A stretch of 24,604 nt of DNA from a virus (Duplodnaviria; Caudoviricetes). The stretch is from positions 1-24,604 of IMG/VR virus record IMGVR_UViG_3300012940_001430; one strand, written 5' to 3'. Under the pieces are notes generated by a model. That model did not search any database, was not told where the DNA came from, and saw only the letters and a program-made list of their open reading frames with translations. Every line of letters starts with the position of its first letter. Position 1 is the stretch's first letter. A program made the translations under genes and the position numbers. Positions 9,122 through 16,978 of this stretch are shown here, piece by piece.

Positions 9122-9430
9122 CTAAGCTAGTGCTGGATCACGGTAGCGATGGAGGATGGCTGTTACCGGACGATCGAGGTAGCCATTGGCTTGCGAAAGC
9201 ACTTCCTCGCCGTCGCCTCTGTCTTCGTACAAACCCGCCAGCACAAGAAGCGTGGCGGCCTTAACGAGTTTTGGAGTGGTGTCAGTCGTCCAGTCAGAAT
9301 CGCGCTTCTTGATGTAGTCGAGGACGATTTCCGATGCCGCCGAGATGCGGAACTTAATATCGTCGTCCTCATCATCGTGCGTAACTCGCAGGTGCCGCTT
9401 TGCTTCGTCCAACGTTACGAGTTCAGCCAT
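9122..9430 (-). CDS. Head-tail connector (HK97 gp6-like)
   Basis: 'LVTLDEAKRHLRV...DDD', 'KAATLLVLAGLYEDR'. Confidence 0.92.
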   Translation of the reverse strand: MAELVTLDEAKRHLRVTHDDEDDDIKFRISAASEIVLDYIKKRDSDWTTDTTPKLVKAATLLVLAGLYEDRGDGEEVLSQANGYLDRPVTAILHRYRDPALA

Positions 9431-9969
9431 TATTTCTCCCTCGCATCCTTGCCGTCGCGGCCTTTCTTGACCGCCAGACGCCAGCCTTTGCCGGTATCCG
9501 GCTTATCCGCTGTATCTTCCTGAGCAATCCAGAAGCTGCCAGCCCATGTCACCCCGTCACCGGCCTGATATGATGCACCGTCCTTGTAGACGCCGCGGTC
9601 CATCACAATTGGCAGCGCCAGAGGGAACTCCTTGCTCTGCTCGCCGCGAATGAACTTCAGGGTTAGCGTTTTTTCCCCGTCGTAATCGACAGACAAATCA
9701 TCAAAGCCAAGGCCGTCGGCACCTGGCTTGCCATCATCGCCGACAACATTGCCCAGTTCCTTTGTTTCACCGTTCGAGAATGTCAGCACGAGACTGCCTT
9801 CCCGATCAATGAAAGCGCTTTTGACGCTGATCGGTTCCGGACGGTTGACCAGATCCTCAACGCGCCTTTCAAGTGCCTCGATACGGCTGTCGTAAGCCTC
9901 AAACGAGCGGTCCACATAAGCCTTGACCGCTTCGAACCCCTCATCGAATATCTTCTGTAGGTCCATCAT
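9430..9969 (-). CDS. Hypothetical head-region protein (coiled coil, short G-X-Y repeats, CBM5/12-like C-terminus)
   Basis: N-terminal heptads, 'GDDGKPGADG' and 'YQAGDGVTWAGSFWIA'; coupled to the portal stop. Confidence 0.7.
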   Translation of the reverse strand: MMDLQKIFDEGFEAVKAYVDRSFEAYDSRIEALERRVEDLVNRPEPISVKSAFIDREGSLVLTFSNGETKELGNVVGDDGKPGADGLGFDDLSVDYDGEKTLTLKFIRGEQSKEFPLALPIVMDRGVYKDGASYQAGDGVTWAGSFWIAQEDTADKPDTGKGWRLAVKKGRDGKDAREK

Positions 9970-11315
9970 GCGGCCTTTCGTGTGATGCTTTGTCCGGCGA
10001 ATAGCGCCTTAACAGCAACGGTCGAAACGTGTTTCTGTTCTGGCTCTGTTGGCGGTGCTGGCGGTGGCGATTCCTGCGACTTGCCGAACGGGTCTTCCTT
10101 CGCGTCGCGTTTGGCGAGCGCTTCCAGACTGTAATTCTGCTGCTGAACCATGGGGCTGTTGCCACCTGTCACTGGTTTATAGCCGAGCTTCTGCCGCATC
10201 TCGTTTGTGGACAGGATGCCCTTGGACTTGTCCATGGCCTCCATCTGCGAAACCGTATCCATGCGCAGAAGATTGTCGGTGTCGAATTCAGTCCCCAATC
10301 CGTCGCCAGTTCCTAGTCCTTTGTCGAGGCATTCTTCTATGCTTTCGATCAGCACTTGCAGGCATTGCGAGTAGTATTCGAGGTTCAGGCTTTCGATACT
10401 GTTATTGGCTGGCATCTCTCCAACGCCAGCCTTATACGGCGGCACGTGATAGACCGAGCAAACGACAGTGGCAGACCAGCGCAATTGGTCGATAAGCTGC
10501 GCGTCAATCGCCTTAGCCTTGAGCGATTCGTACCTCATACCGTCGCCGACGACGGCAACTTTGCCAGCGTTCTTGCCGGTATAGTTGTCATTCCAATGCT
10601 TTTGAAGCCGAGCGGCCGTTTCATCTGAAATAGCACCGGGAGCCGTCAGCACGCCGCCCGGAGTAGCGCCATTCTGGAAAAATGATGTGCTGTCATTCTG
10701 GATAGCAAGCCCCTGCATGGCAGCCAAGCCGCCTGCGAAGATGGGCGATAGGCCTACGAGCTGATGATAAAAACAGTTAAAGCGGTCGTGAATGATTTCA
10801 CGCGCGGGAACCGTAATGGATTGCGGCAATCCGGCTAGAACGTCAGTATCCAGTCGATAATAGACATCGCCGTTGTCAGCAACCAGGGGAGTGACAAGGG
10901 CCGGGTCAAGCACGTAAAGCCTAACAACCTTATTCCGACCGTTGCGCTGCTTTAGAACGTAAGTGTTTCCAGTTTGCAGTTTTGACAGTACCCAGCTTTC
11001 CATAAACTGAATGCGCGTCTGGAAATGGTTGGGCTTGTTCAGGACGGTTGAATACGGGTTGCGCTTAACCTCACTCCAAATTCCGTTTTCGTCTTCCTCA
11101 ACCAGCTTGATACGCAACTTCGCGATGTCAGATGCGATCAGCGTCCGGCACGCGAAATCAGCATGATATGACAGTACGCTGTCGAAATTGACCTCGACGT
11201 TGCGCTGCCATGCGCCGGGAAAGCTCTCCAATACCGAAAACCAGCCGCGGCGAGATCTGATAACGGGCGACAAGGCTTTACTGACGCCGGAAGCCAGTTT
11301 CGAAATAAATCCCAT
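9966..11315 (-). CDS. Portal protein, HK97 family
   Basis: 'PNHFQT', 'EIIHDR', 'GLSPI', 'FQNGATPGGVL', 'YHVPP' and 'NEMR' motifs; 449 aa. Confidence 0.95.
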   Translation of the reverse strand: MGFISKLASGVSKALSPVIRSRRGWFSVLESFPGAWQRNVEVNFDSVLSYHADFACRTLIASDIAKLRIKLVEEDENGIWSEVKRNPYSTVLNKPNHFQTRIQFMESWVLSKLQTGNTYVLKQRNGRNKVVRLYVLDPALVTPLVADNGDVYYRLDTDVLAGLPQSITVPAREIIHDRFNCFYHQLVGLSPIFAGGLAAMQGLAIQNDSTSFFQNGATPGGVLTAPGAISDETAARLQKHWNDNYTGKNAGKVAVVGDGMRYESLKAKAIDAQLIDQLRWSATVVCSVYHVPPYKAGVGEMPANNSIESLNLEYYSQCLQVLIESIEECLDKGLGTGDGLGTEFDTDNLLRMDTVSQMEAMDKSKGILSTNEMRQKLGYKPVTGGNSPMVQQQNYSLEALAKRDAKEDPFGKSQESPPPAPPTEPEQKHVSTVAVKALFAGQSITRKAA

Positions 11316-11503
11316 TATTCGCTGCCCTTTGCCTCACGGCTCCGATTGCGTTTTCTGAGCCTCCGGCTCTTTAGCTGCGCACTGTTCCGGGAATTTTGCG
11401 GCGACGGCGGGTTAGCGCCTTCGCGGTCAATCTTCCCGAGAATGATTGCAAATCGCGGATCACACGATTGCATCGCGCGCGTCCGGTAATTGGTAGGTCT
11501 CAT
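11315..11503 (-). CDS. Small basic hypothetical protein between capsid and portal
   Basis: 62 aa with GGAG RBS; its stop overlaps the portal ATG (TAATG). Confidence 0.6.
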   Translation of the reverse strand: MRPTNYRTRAMQSCDPRFAIILGKIDREGANPPSPQNSRNSAQLKSRRLRKRNRSREAKGSE

Positions 11504-11522
11504 GGTGCATCTCCGGAGAGGC

Positions 11523-11548
11523 TGCCAGCCGCGAACCCACGGCTGGCA
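11523..11548 (-). promoter_or_regulatory. Stem-loop after the capsid gene (no U-tract)
   Basis: 9-bp stem TGCCAGCCG/CGGCTGGCA; probably an mRNA stabiliser or attenuator. Confidence 0.5.
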
Positions 11549-11567
11549 ATTGCTTAATCAAAGGGCT

Positions 11568-12971
11568 TTATGCGCCGCCTTCAGGTGCTTCCGGTTCGCC
11601 CCATGCCACGCCCGTGAGATAGGCGACAGCGCTTGCGCGGCGACGTGCCCAGTTGATGGTACGCTCGGCACGGAAAGCAACGCTGTTGGTCTGCCAAAGC
11701 GAAACCAGCTGCGCCGGAGTCGGCGTAGTGCTGTCGCCGGTCGGATCATCAGCCATTTGCAGCGAAGCCTGGTCAGACATATCGACATTCACGTCCCCGT
11801 CATCGGCCTGGTAGATGTCAGACGCATTGACGAGAGCAACGATTCCGTCAGGCACGTACTCAGATACAATTACCGGCAGGCCGGAGAGCGTACCGCCGTT
11901 CATGGTGATGCCGGGGAACTCTGCCTGACCGAGGGGATTAGTCATGAGCGACAGACCCAGCGCCGTAGTGGCTTCCATGATGAACACGCCAGAAGTTGGC
12001 GCATTGTTGGCAGCAATGAAGGCACCGAAAAGCTTCTTCAGATCAGCACGAACAGCGTCAGCTGTGTTGCCAGACGATGGAATACCGGTAACACCGTTGA
12101 GGATGGATGCCGGAGAGATATCAACAACAGCGGCTTTTGCCGGATCGATGAAATCGATATCCAGACGCTCGCGGAGTGCAGCCGCCAGCTGATCGCGGAC
12201 GATGGCCTCAGCCGACGGAGAACTATCGCGCAGCACTTCCATCGTCACTACGGCGATGTTTGCCACCTTCACTGGACCCAGCGTAGTACGGCTGAAGTCG
12301 AATTTAGTGAGCGGCTTGGCCTTACCCTCGCCTACCCAGTAGCCGGAACCGCCTGAAGTCTGACCGATCAGCGGCACACGGAACGGGACGCGACGAAGAG
12401 ACGGTACGCCGTTAGCGCCGAAGCGACCGAGAATAGTCTGCGGGCGAAGATATTCAACGAAATCCGCAAACACACTGGTTTCTTCGCCAATAAGGTTTCC
12501 AGCCCAGCTTGGATTGCCGGTATTCGCTGCCGGTACAGCAGCCTTAGAAACAAGGCCGTAGATTTCCGAATCTTCACCGTAGAGTGACTTGGCGACTTCT
12601 CGAACGTTTACAACGTCCAGCTTGGAAATCGCCTTCACCTTGGCGAGACGCGCAAACATGATGCCGGGCTCGGTTTTCGGTGCCTTCAAGGTTACACCGC
12701 TACGGAGCGCCGTAGCTGCCTTGGCGGTCTGCACCTGATTTGCGACGATTGGCGTAGCCGTCTCTGCTACCGAGCGCTCAACTACGCGCAGGCGCGCCAG
12801 ATGTTTGTCGATTGCGTCATTGTCAGCGTGAAGCTCATCGAACTTTTCCTGCTGTTCGGCGTCGAGGGTCGCGCCTTCTTCGCCGGCCTTTGCCATGATG
12901 TCTTCCATGGCCTTCTGATTTGCAGATCGGCGCGCATCAAAAGCCGCGATCTGCTCTGCGATAGTAGCCAA
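11568..12971 (-). CDS. Major capsid protein, HK97 family (TTG start)
   Basis: N-terminal coiled-coil delta domain, 'YWVGEGKAKP', 'GTLSGLPVIVSEYVP' and 'SLWQTNSVAFRAERTINW'; GGAGG RBS before the TTG. Confidence 0.95.
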   Translation of the reverse strand: MATIAEQIAAFDARRSANQKAMEDIMAKAGEEGATLDAEQQEKFDELHADNDAIDKHLARLRVVERSVAETATPIVANQVQTAKAATALRSGVTLKAPKTEPGIMFARLAKVKAISKLDVVNVREVAKSLYGEDSEIYGLVSKAAVPAANTGNPSWAGNLIGEETSVFADFVEYLRPQTILGRFGANGVPSLRRVPFRVPLIGQTSGGSGYWVGEGKAKPLTKFDFSRTTLGPVKVANIAVVTMEVLRDSSPSAEAIVRDQLAAALRERLDIDFIDPAKAAVVDISPASILNGVTGIPSSGNTADAVRADLKKLFGAFIAANNAPTSGVFIMEATTALGLSLMTNPLGQAEFPGITMNGGTLSGLPVIVSEYVPDGIVALVNASDIYQADDGDVNVDMSDQASLQMADDPTGDSTTPTPAQLVSLWQTNSVAFRAERTINWARRRASAVAYLTGVAWGEPEAPEGGA

Positions 12972-12980
12972 AATGGCCTC

Positions 12981-13604
12981 CTAAACTCTATGAATTGTCT
13001 TGATTGTGAAGGGCGCCCGATCGCGGGCCTCTTTCGCCAGGCGAGCCACATGCACCTTCTTGCCAAGCGCGGCAGGTGCAGGCTTTTCGTCGGCTGGAAA
13101 CTCAAATCGCTTGATACACGCGATTGCTTCAGCGTTAAGGCTCTTGCCTACGCTGGTGATGATTGCCTGTTCGTTGGTCGGGATGGTAACGGCAGACAGT
13201 TCGAAGACTTCCGTTTCGAGGAAGTGAACCCCGCCATTTTCCATGTAGCTATATTCGATGGCACGGAAACCAATCGAAACAGCCCTGACCAGTCCGTATT
13301 CCATGGACTGCCAAGCCTCTTCCACGCGGTCGCGCAGAATGCCGCCTTCTTTCACGACAGGTAGCTCAGCCTCAAATGGAATACCGTCCGCTGTCGGCGT
13401 TTCGAACTTAACAAGCCCGATTGGTTTGCTATGATTGTGCTGCCACAAGAGTGGAATCGGGTTCTTGAACCGGACACCAAGCGGCTCGACTATATCGTTC
13501 ACCCGATCAACTGCCGGCGTGGTCGCAACACCGCGAATAATGCGCCTATCGCCGTTGATCGATTTAACCTCGATCCGCGAATAGGCGCGGCGCGTCAAAT
13601 CCAT
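12981..13604 (-). CDS. Prohead maturation protease (HK97 gp4-like)
   Basis: 'LLWQH', 'VSIGF' and 'ELSAVTIP' catalytic motifs; start at ATG 13604 with GGAG RBS. Confidence 0.92.
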   Translation of the reverse strand: MDLTRRAYSRIEVKSINGDRRIIRGVATTPAVDRVNDIVEPLGVRFKNPIPLLWQHNHSKPIGLVKFETPTADGIPFEAELPVVKEGGILRDRVEEAWQSMEYGLVRAVSIGFRAIEYSYMENGGVHFLETEVFELSAVTIPTNEQAIITSVGKSLNAEAIACIKRFEFPADEKPAPAALGKKVHVARLAKEARDRAPFTIKTIHRV

Positions 13605-13617
13605 GACGAACTCCGTT

Positions 13618-15171
13618 TTAGAAGAAAAACATTTGATATTTAGGTTGGGCCGGTTGCGGCACTTCGGCCTCGGCAACGGACAGGGCCATTACAAGGCTGA
13701 CCATGCCGTCAATTCTGCCTCGGCTTCCCGCCTTGGTCAGCTTGCGATTGCCAGCGTCATCCTTTTTGACGACCGCGTTACCTGCGCACATGGTCAATAT
13801 CGGATGATTGCCGTGCCGAACCCGATTGTTCAGAAGCAACGTTTCGGTTGTGCGAAGCGCTGGAGACATGGAAACAAAGCCTTGCCCGAACGGCTCGAAC
13901 TTGTTTTCCAGTTCTTCTTCGGTGAACCCGACTTTTGACAGCCATGGACGAAGCTGGTTCCAGTTGTGTCTATCAAATGCGAGTTTCTTGACGTCGTAGT
14001 CATCGAACACATCCCGCAAATGCCGCGCGACATACTCATACTCGATCGATTTTTTGCCTTCGACAGCGTCAAGATAGCCGTCTCGCGCCCAGACATCGTA
14101 TTCGACGCGATCCAGCCGGGCTTTTGCGTCCAATCCCTCGCCCGGTAGCCAGAAATGCGGACGAACATCCCAGATGACTTGGCCTTCAACCGTTTCCGGT
14201 GCGACAAGAACCAGTGCCGTCAAGTCGGTCGTTTCGGATAGGTCGAGGCCGGCGTAGACCGCCCGCTTGGTGAAGTCCCGGTTCGGCTCAGCCGCATTTT
14301 CCATCCAGACCTTGCGCGAAACGAAAGGGTTGGACATTTCAACGCGACGGTTCAGAACAAGGTTTTCGAACTCTGCCTGTCGTGCGGGCATATTACGCGC
14401 ATCTTCCATCATCCCCAGCACTTCGGTCTGGTTCATGAATAGATCAAAAGCGGGATTTGCTGCCCGAATAGCTTCTTCGGAAAATGTCTCCAAATCCATC
14501 GGGGCTGTCTGAAAACGCAATACCGTCCGAGGATCACGGGCCTTGTTCGCGTCATCGATTAGAACCGAAAGCAGGTCAGCGTCGGTCGGCGCCTGCGTCG
14601 AGATGATGATTGATAGCGGATCTTCCTGCGCGGCTGTTGCCGTTTCCATCGCGTCGTACAGCGATGATCGCGGGCCTTTGACCTGTCCGAGTTCGTCATG
14701 AATGACCAGAACTGGAGAGAGGCCATAAGCCGTCGATGCGTCCGCCGACAATGCCCGGTAAACCGTTCCCAGTTCCGGGCAGACGATGCGTTTACCGCTA
14801 TCCTTCGGTTCCGCATATGCCGATAGCTTCGGAGACATACGGATCATCTTAGCGGCCAGTTCAAACAAAATACCGGCCTGCTCACGAGACTGAGCGGCGC
14901 TATACAACTGACTGTTTGGCTTGGCCTCGGGGCCGCAAAGGTGAAGCAACAGGATCATAGCCGATTCTGTCGTCTTCGCGTTCTTGCGGCCCCGGCTAAT
15001 AATCGCTCGGCGCGTTCCATGCGGGTTGTCGTAAATCGCCCGGAGGTCGTCCTTCATAAATTCGGCAAGCTTAAGGGGTTGCCCGACAAAACGACCTTCT
15101 GGAATTCTGATATGACGCTCGAGCCAGCGAATGTTGCGTTCCGCACGGGTACGCTTTGGCTTAGTCGTCAT
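13618..15171 (-). CDS. terL: Terminase large subunit
   Basis: Walker A GRKNAKT, Walker B LVIHDE, nuclease motifs GLDLS and RIDG. Confidence 0.97.
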   Translation of the reverse strand: MTTKPKRTRAERNIRWLERHIRIPEGRFVGQPLKLAEFMKDDLRAIYDNPHGTRRAIISRGRKNAKTTESAMILLLHLCGPEAKPNSQLYSAAQSREQAGILFELAAKMIRMSPKLSAYAEPKDSGKRIVCPELGTVYRALSADASTAYGLSPVLVIHDELGQVKGPRSSLYDAMETATAAQEDPLSIIISTQAPTDADLLSVLIDDANKARDPRTVLRFQTAPMDLETFSEEAIRAANPAFDLFMNQTEVLGMMEDARNMPARQAEFENLVLNRRVEMSNPFVSRKVWMENAAEPNRDFTKRAVYAGLDLSETTDLTALVLVAPETVEGQVIWDVRPHFWLPGEGLDAKARLDRVEYDVWARDGYLDAVEGKKSIEYEYVARHLRDVFDDYDVKKLAFDRHNWNQLRPWLSKVGFTEEELENKFEPFGQGFVSMSPALRTTETLLLNNRVRHGNHPILTMCAGNAVVKKDDAGNRKLTKAGSRGRIDGMVSLVMALSVAEAEVPQPAQPKYQMFFF

Positions 15172-15586
15172 CGTCCTCCTGCCATGGTCGGGAAACCTGT
15201 GAAGGCTTTTTGGCTTCCTCCGCCCGCACCGTTGCCTGTTGCGTGATGCGCATTCGGGTGGCCAAGGATGACATCGCCCGCCCCTCTCGTTCCTGCATCT
15301 TCAGGAGCTTGTCGTAATCATCGATATCGAGGGTTTTGCTCTTTTCGATCCGGCCAATGAGCTGCGCCACGTGTTTGGCCGCCACCACGTGCCGACAGTA
15401 CTGGGTTAGCAGCCCGTGGGTCTCACGTGGGAACCAGTCAGCCGGCATTCGCTCGGTGATCGCCACCCATTCGTCAGCCTGTTCCGGGGTCAATTCCTGC
15501 GGCGGCAGCGGTCGTTCAACCACCTCCACAGTCGAGGGGACAACGATTTGCGTGCTCGCCGCCGACTTACGTCCGCGCGCCGCCAT
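15161..15586 (-). CDS. terS: Terminase small subunit
   Basis: 'RGRKS', 'PPQEL...EW' and 'LATRMRIT'; directly upstream of and overlapping terL. Confidence 0.85.
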   Translation of the reverse strand: MAARGRKSAASTQIVVPSTVEVVERPLPPQELTPEQADEWVAITERMPADWFPRETHGLLTQYCRHVVAAKHVAQLIGRIEKSKTLDIDDYDKLLKMQEREGRAMSSLATRMRITQQATVRAEEAKKPSQVSRPWQEDDDD

Positions 15587-15691
15587 ATTATTCCTATCAA
15601 AAACTTTTTTTCTACAAGTTTAGCAAAAGGACTGCCCATCGACGGTTCATGGTTTCGCGCCTTCGTCAGGCGTCGATCCCCCCCCCATGGG
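15587..15691. other. Probable cos / packaging-initiation region
   Basis: Non-coding gap between HNH and terS with a poly-G run (minus strand), the near-palindrome CCATCGACGG (15636-15645) and A/T tracts. This is the usual position of cos in HK97-like phages; the exact cut site cannot be read. Confidence 0.5.
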
Positions 15692-16006
15692 TCAGTGGCC
15701 TTTCCGCCACTCTGGCCATCCCGATGCGTCGACGCCCGGGACGATCAGCCCTCTATCTTCGCGCTGACCTCGGCTTGCATGGCACGACGCGCACGTTGAT
15801 ACGAACGGGCCCGACCAAAACAGATTTTCATCGCCACGATGAGCAACAGCATGGTGAACTTCCGTCGCCTCCTCGACTATCTCTCGCTCTAGGCACCATT
15901 GGCATAGCGGGTGTTCGTATAACTGGGCTTCACGTATCCGGCGCCAGCGGGCGGTGCGATACCATCGACGGTACTTGGTAGCGTCAGCGCTGCGCTGGTC
16001 GGTCAT
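15692..16006 (-). CDS. Terminase-associated HNH endonuclease (HK97 gp74-like)
   Basis: PLCQWC...VHH...CASCH; start at ATG 16006 (ATGA overlap). Confidence 0.9.
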   Translation of the reverse strand: MTDQRSADATKYRRWYRTARWRRIREAQLYEHPLCQWCLEREIVEEATEVHHAVAHRGDENLFWSGPFVSTCASCHASRGQREDRGLIVPGVDASGWPEWRKGH

Positions 16007-16269
16007 TGTGCCGAGCCAAACGTGGGCGGCGCTGGCCGGGGGAGATGGCCACCGAACTCTGCCCATTGCGACAGGTCATTGATGCCACCCTTGCGTGGTC
16101 CGAGACGCCCGAAGGAAATCTCGCGCTGAAGTCGACACAAGCCCTTAAGCCTGAATTGCCTGTCAGCTTCCTGCTCATCCGCCGTGGCTATCCGCGGCAT
16201 CGTCAGCTTGTTTCGCTTGAACGCGGCTTCGAGCCTGCGCTGTAGATCATCCAAACGTGGATCAGTCAT
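16003..16269 (-). CDS. Hypothetical protein (88 aa)
   Basis: ATGA overlaps with both neighbouring genes. Confidence 0.65.
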   Translation of the reverse strand: MTDPRLDDLQRRLEAAFKRNKLTMPRIATADEQEADRQFRLKGLCRLQREISFGRLGPRKGGINDLSQWAEFGGHLPRPAPPTFGSAQ

Positions 16270-16496
16270 AGAAACCGCATCGATATCTTAGGCAACCTCT
16301 TCGCCTGGTTGCAGTCGGGAATGCCTTTCGAAAGGTCAGCTCGCAAGAACACGACATCCCGCGCCAACTCGACTTGCTTCGCTTCCGACTGCTCCAGTCG
16401 TTCGCGTAGGACGGCAGTGTTCTCTTTCTCGCGCTCGATCTCTTCCTCAATCTGCGCAATTCGGCCAGCGATAAGCGTCTTGGTGATACTGTTCAT
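16266..16496 (-). CDS. Hypothetical coiled-coil protein (76 aa)
   Basis: GAGGAG RBS, heptad pattern, first CDS after the tRNAs. Confidence 0.7.
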   Translation of the reverse strand: MNSITKTLIAGRIAQIEEEIEREKENTAVLRERLEQSEAKQVELARDVVFLRADLSKGIPDCNQAKRLPKISMRFL

Positions 16497-16521
16497 GATG
16501 CTCCTCGTGATGATTGGTGAA

Positions 16522-16595
16522 TGGCACCTGCGGCTGGAATCGAACCAGCATCAGCGGTTTTGGAGACCGACGCTTTGCCACTAAGCTACGCAGAT
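16522..16595 (-). tRNA. tRNA-Trp (CCA)
   Basis: Cloverleaf ATCTGCG...GCTT/AAGC...TCGGT-CT-CCA-AA-ACCGC...GCTGG-TTCGATT-CCAGC-CGCAGGT-G-CCA; G73 discriminator. Confidence 0.9.
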
Positions 16596-16600
16596 CGAAC

Positions 16601-16676
16601 TGGTGCCCTAGCGAGGGATCGAACCCCGGACCACCCACTTATAAGGCGGCTGCTCTCCCATCTGAGCTACACGGGC
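16601..16676 (-). tRNA. tRNA-Ile (TAT anticodon), imperfect stems
   Basis: GCCCGTG-TA-GCTC-AGATGGGA-GAGC-A-GCCGC-CT-TAT-AA-GTGGG-TGGTC-CGGGG-TTCGATC-CCTCG-CTAGGGC-A-CCA; two acceptor-stem mismatches. Confidence 0.8.
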
Positions 16677-16679
16677 GAT

Positions 16680-16755
16680 TGGTTGCGGGCATCGGGATCG
16701 AACCGATCATATCCGGCTTATGAGACCGGCGAGCACACCAGCGCTCTCGCCCGCT
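16680..16755 (-). tRNA. tRNA-Met (CAT), initiator-like
   Basis: AGCGGGC...GAGC/GCTC...CCGGT-CT-CAT-AA-GCCGG...ATCGG-TTCGATC-CCGAT-GCCCGCA-A-CCA; 1:72 mismatch and A11-U24 pair. Confidence 0.85.
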
Positions 16756-16763
16756 GAAACGTT

Positions 16764-16960
16764 GCCGGGGGAGCGCCCACACTTTGCGCTGCAACCCCGG
16801 CTTCACCTGGCATGAGGAGGATGCCAAGGCGAATTTGATTGTTACGCCCGGTTCAGCGGTTGCACCCAACTGCAACATGACTGAGCGTCCGCGTGACGGC
16901 GGAAACAAGGCGGGGTTAGCCACCGAGTGACTAACCCCTTCAATTACTCTCACCACACGA
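16764..16960 (-). ncRNA. Candidate structured RNA / tRNA-operon leader with four or more hairpins
   Basis: Stems at 16764-16801, 16802-16833, 16851-16886 and 16912-16938. G-U pairs in two of the stems form only on the minus strand. Loops include AAAGUGUGG and CCUCCUC. Confidence 0.55.
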
Positions 16961-16978
16961 TGCGGATTTCCCCCCCAC

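Noticed and set aside
11490-12356. 288-aa plus-strand ORF opposite the capsid gene
   Set aside because: Antisense shadow of a well-supported structural gene.
15636-15972. 11-bp repeat CCATCGACGGT at 15636 and 15962
   Set aside because: One copy is inside the HNH coding sequence, and a single 11-mer duplicate is plausible by chance.
16522-16755. Amber suppressor tRNA explaining the protease-capsid TAG
   Set aside because: Anticodons are CAT, TAT and CCA; none is CTA.
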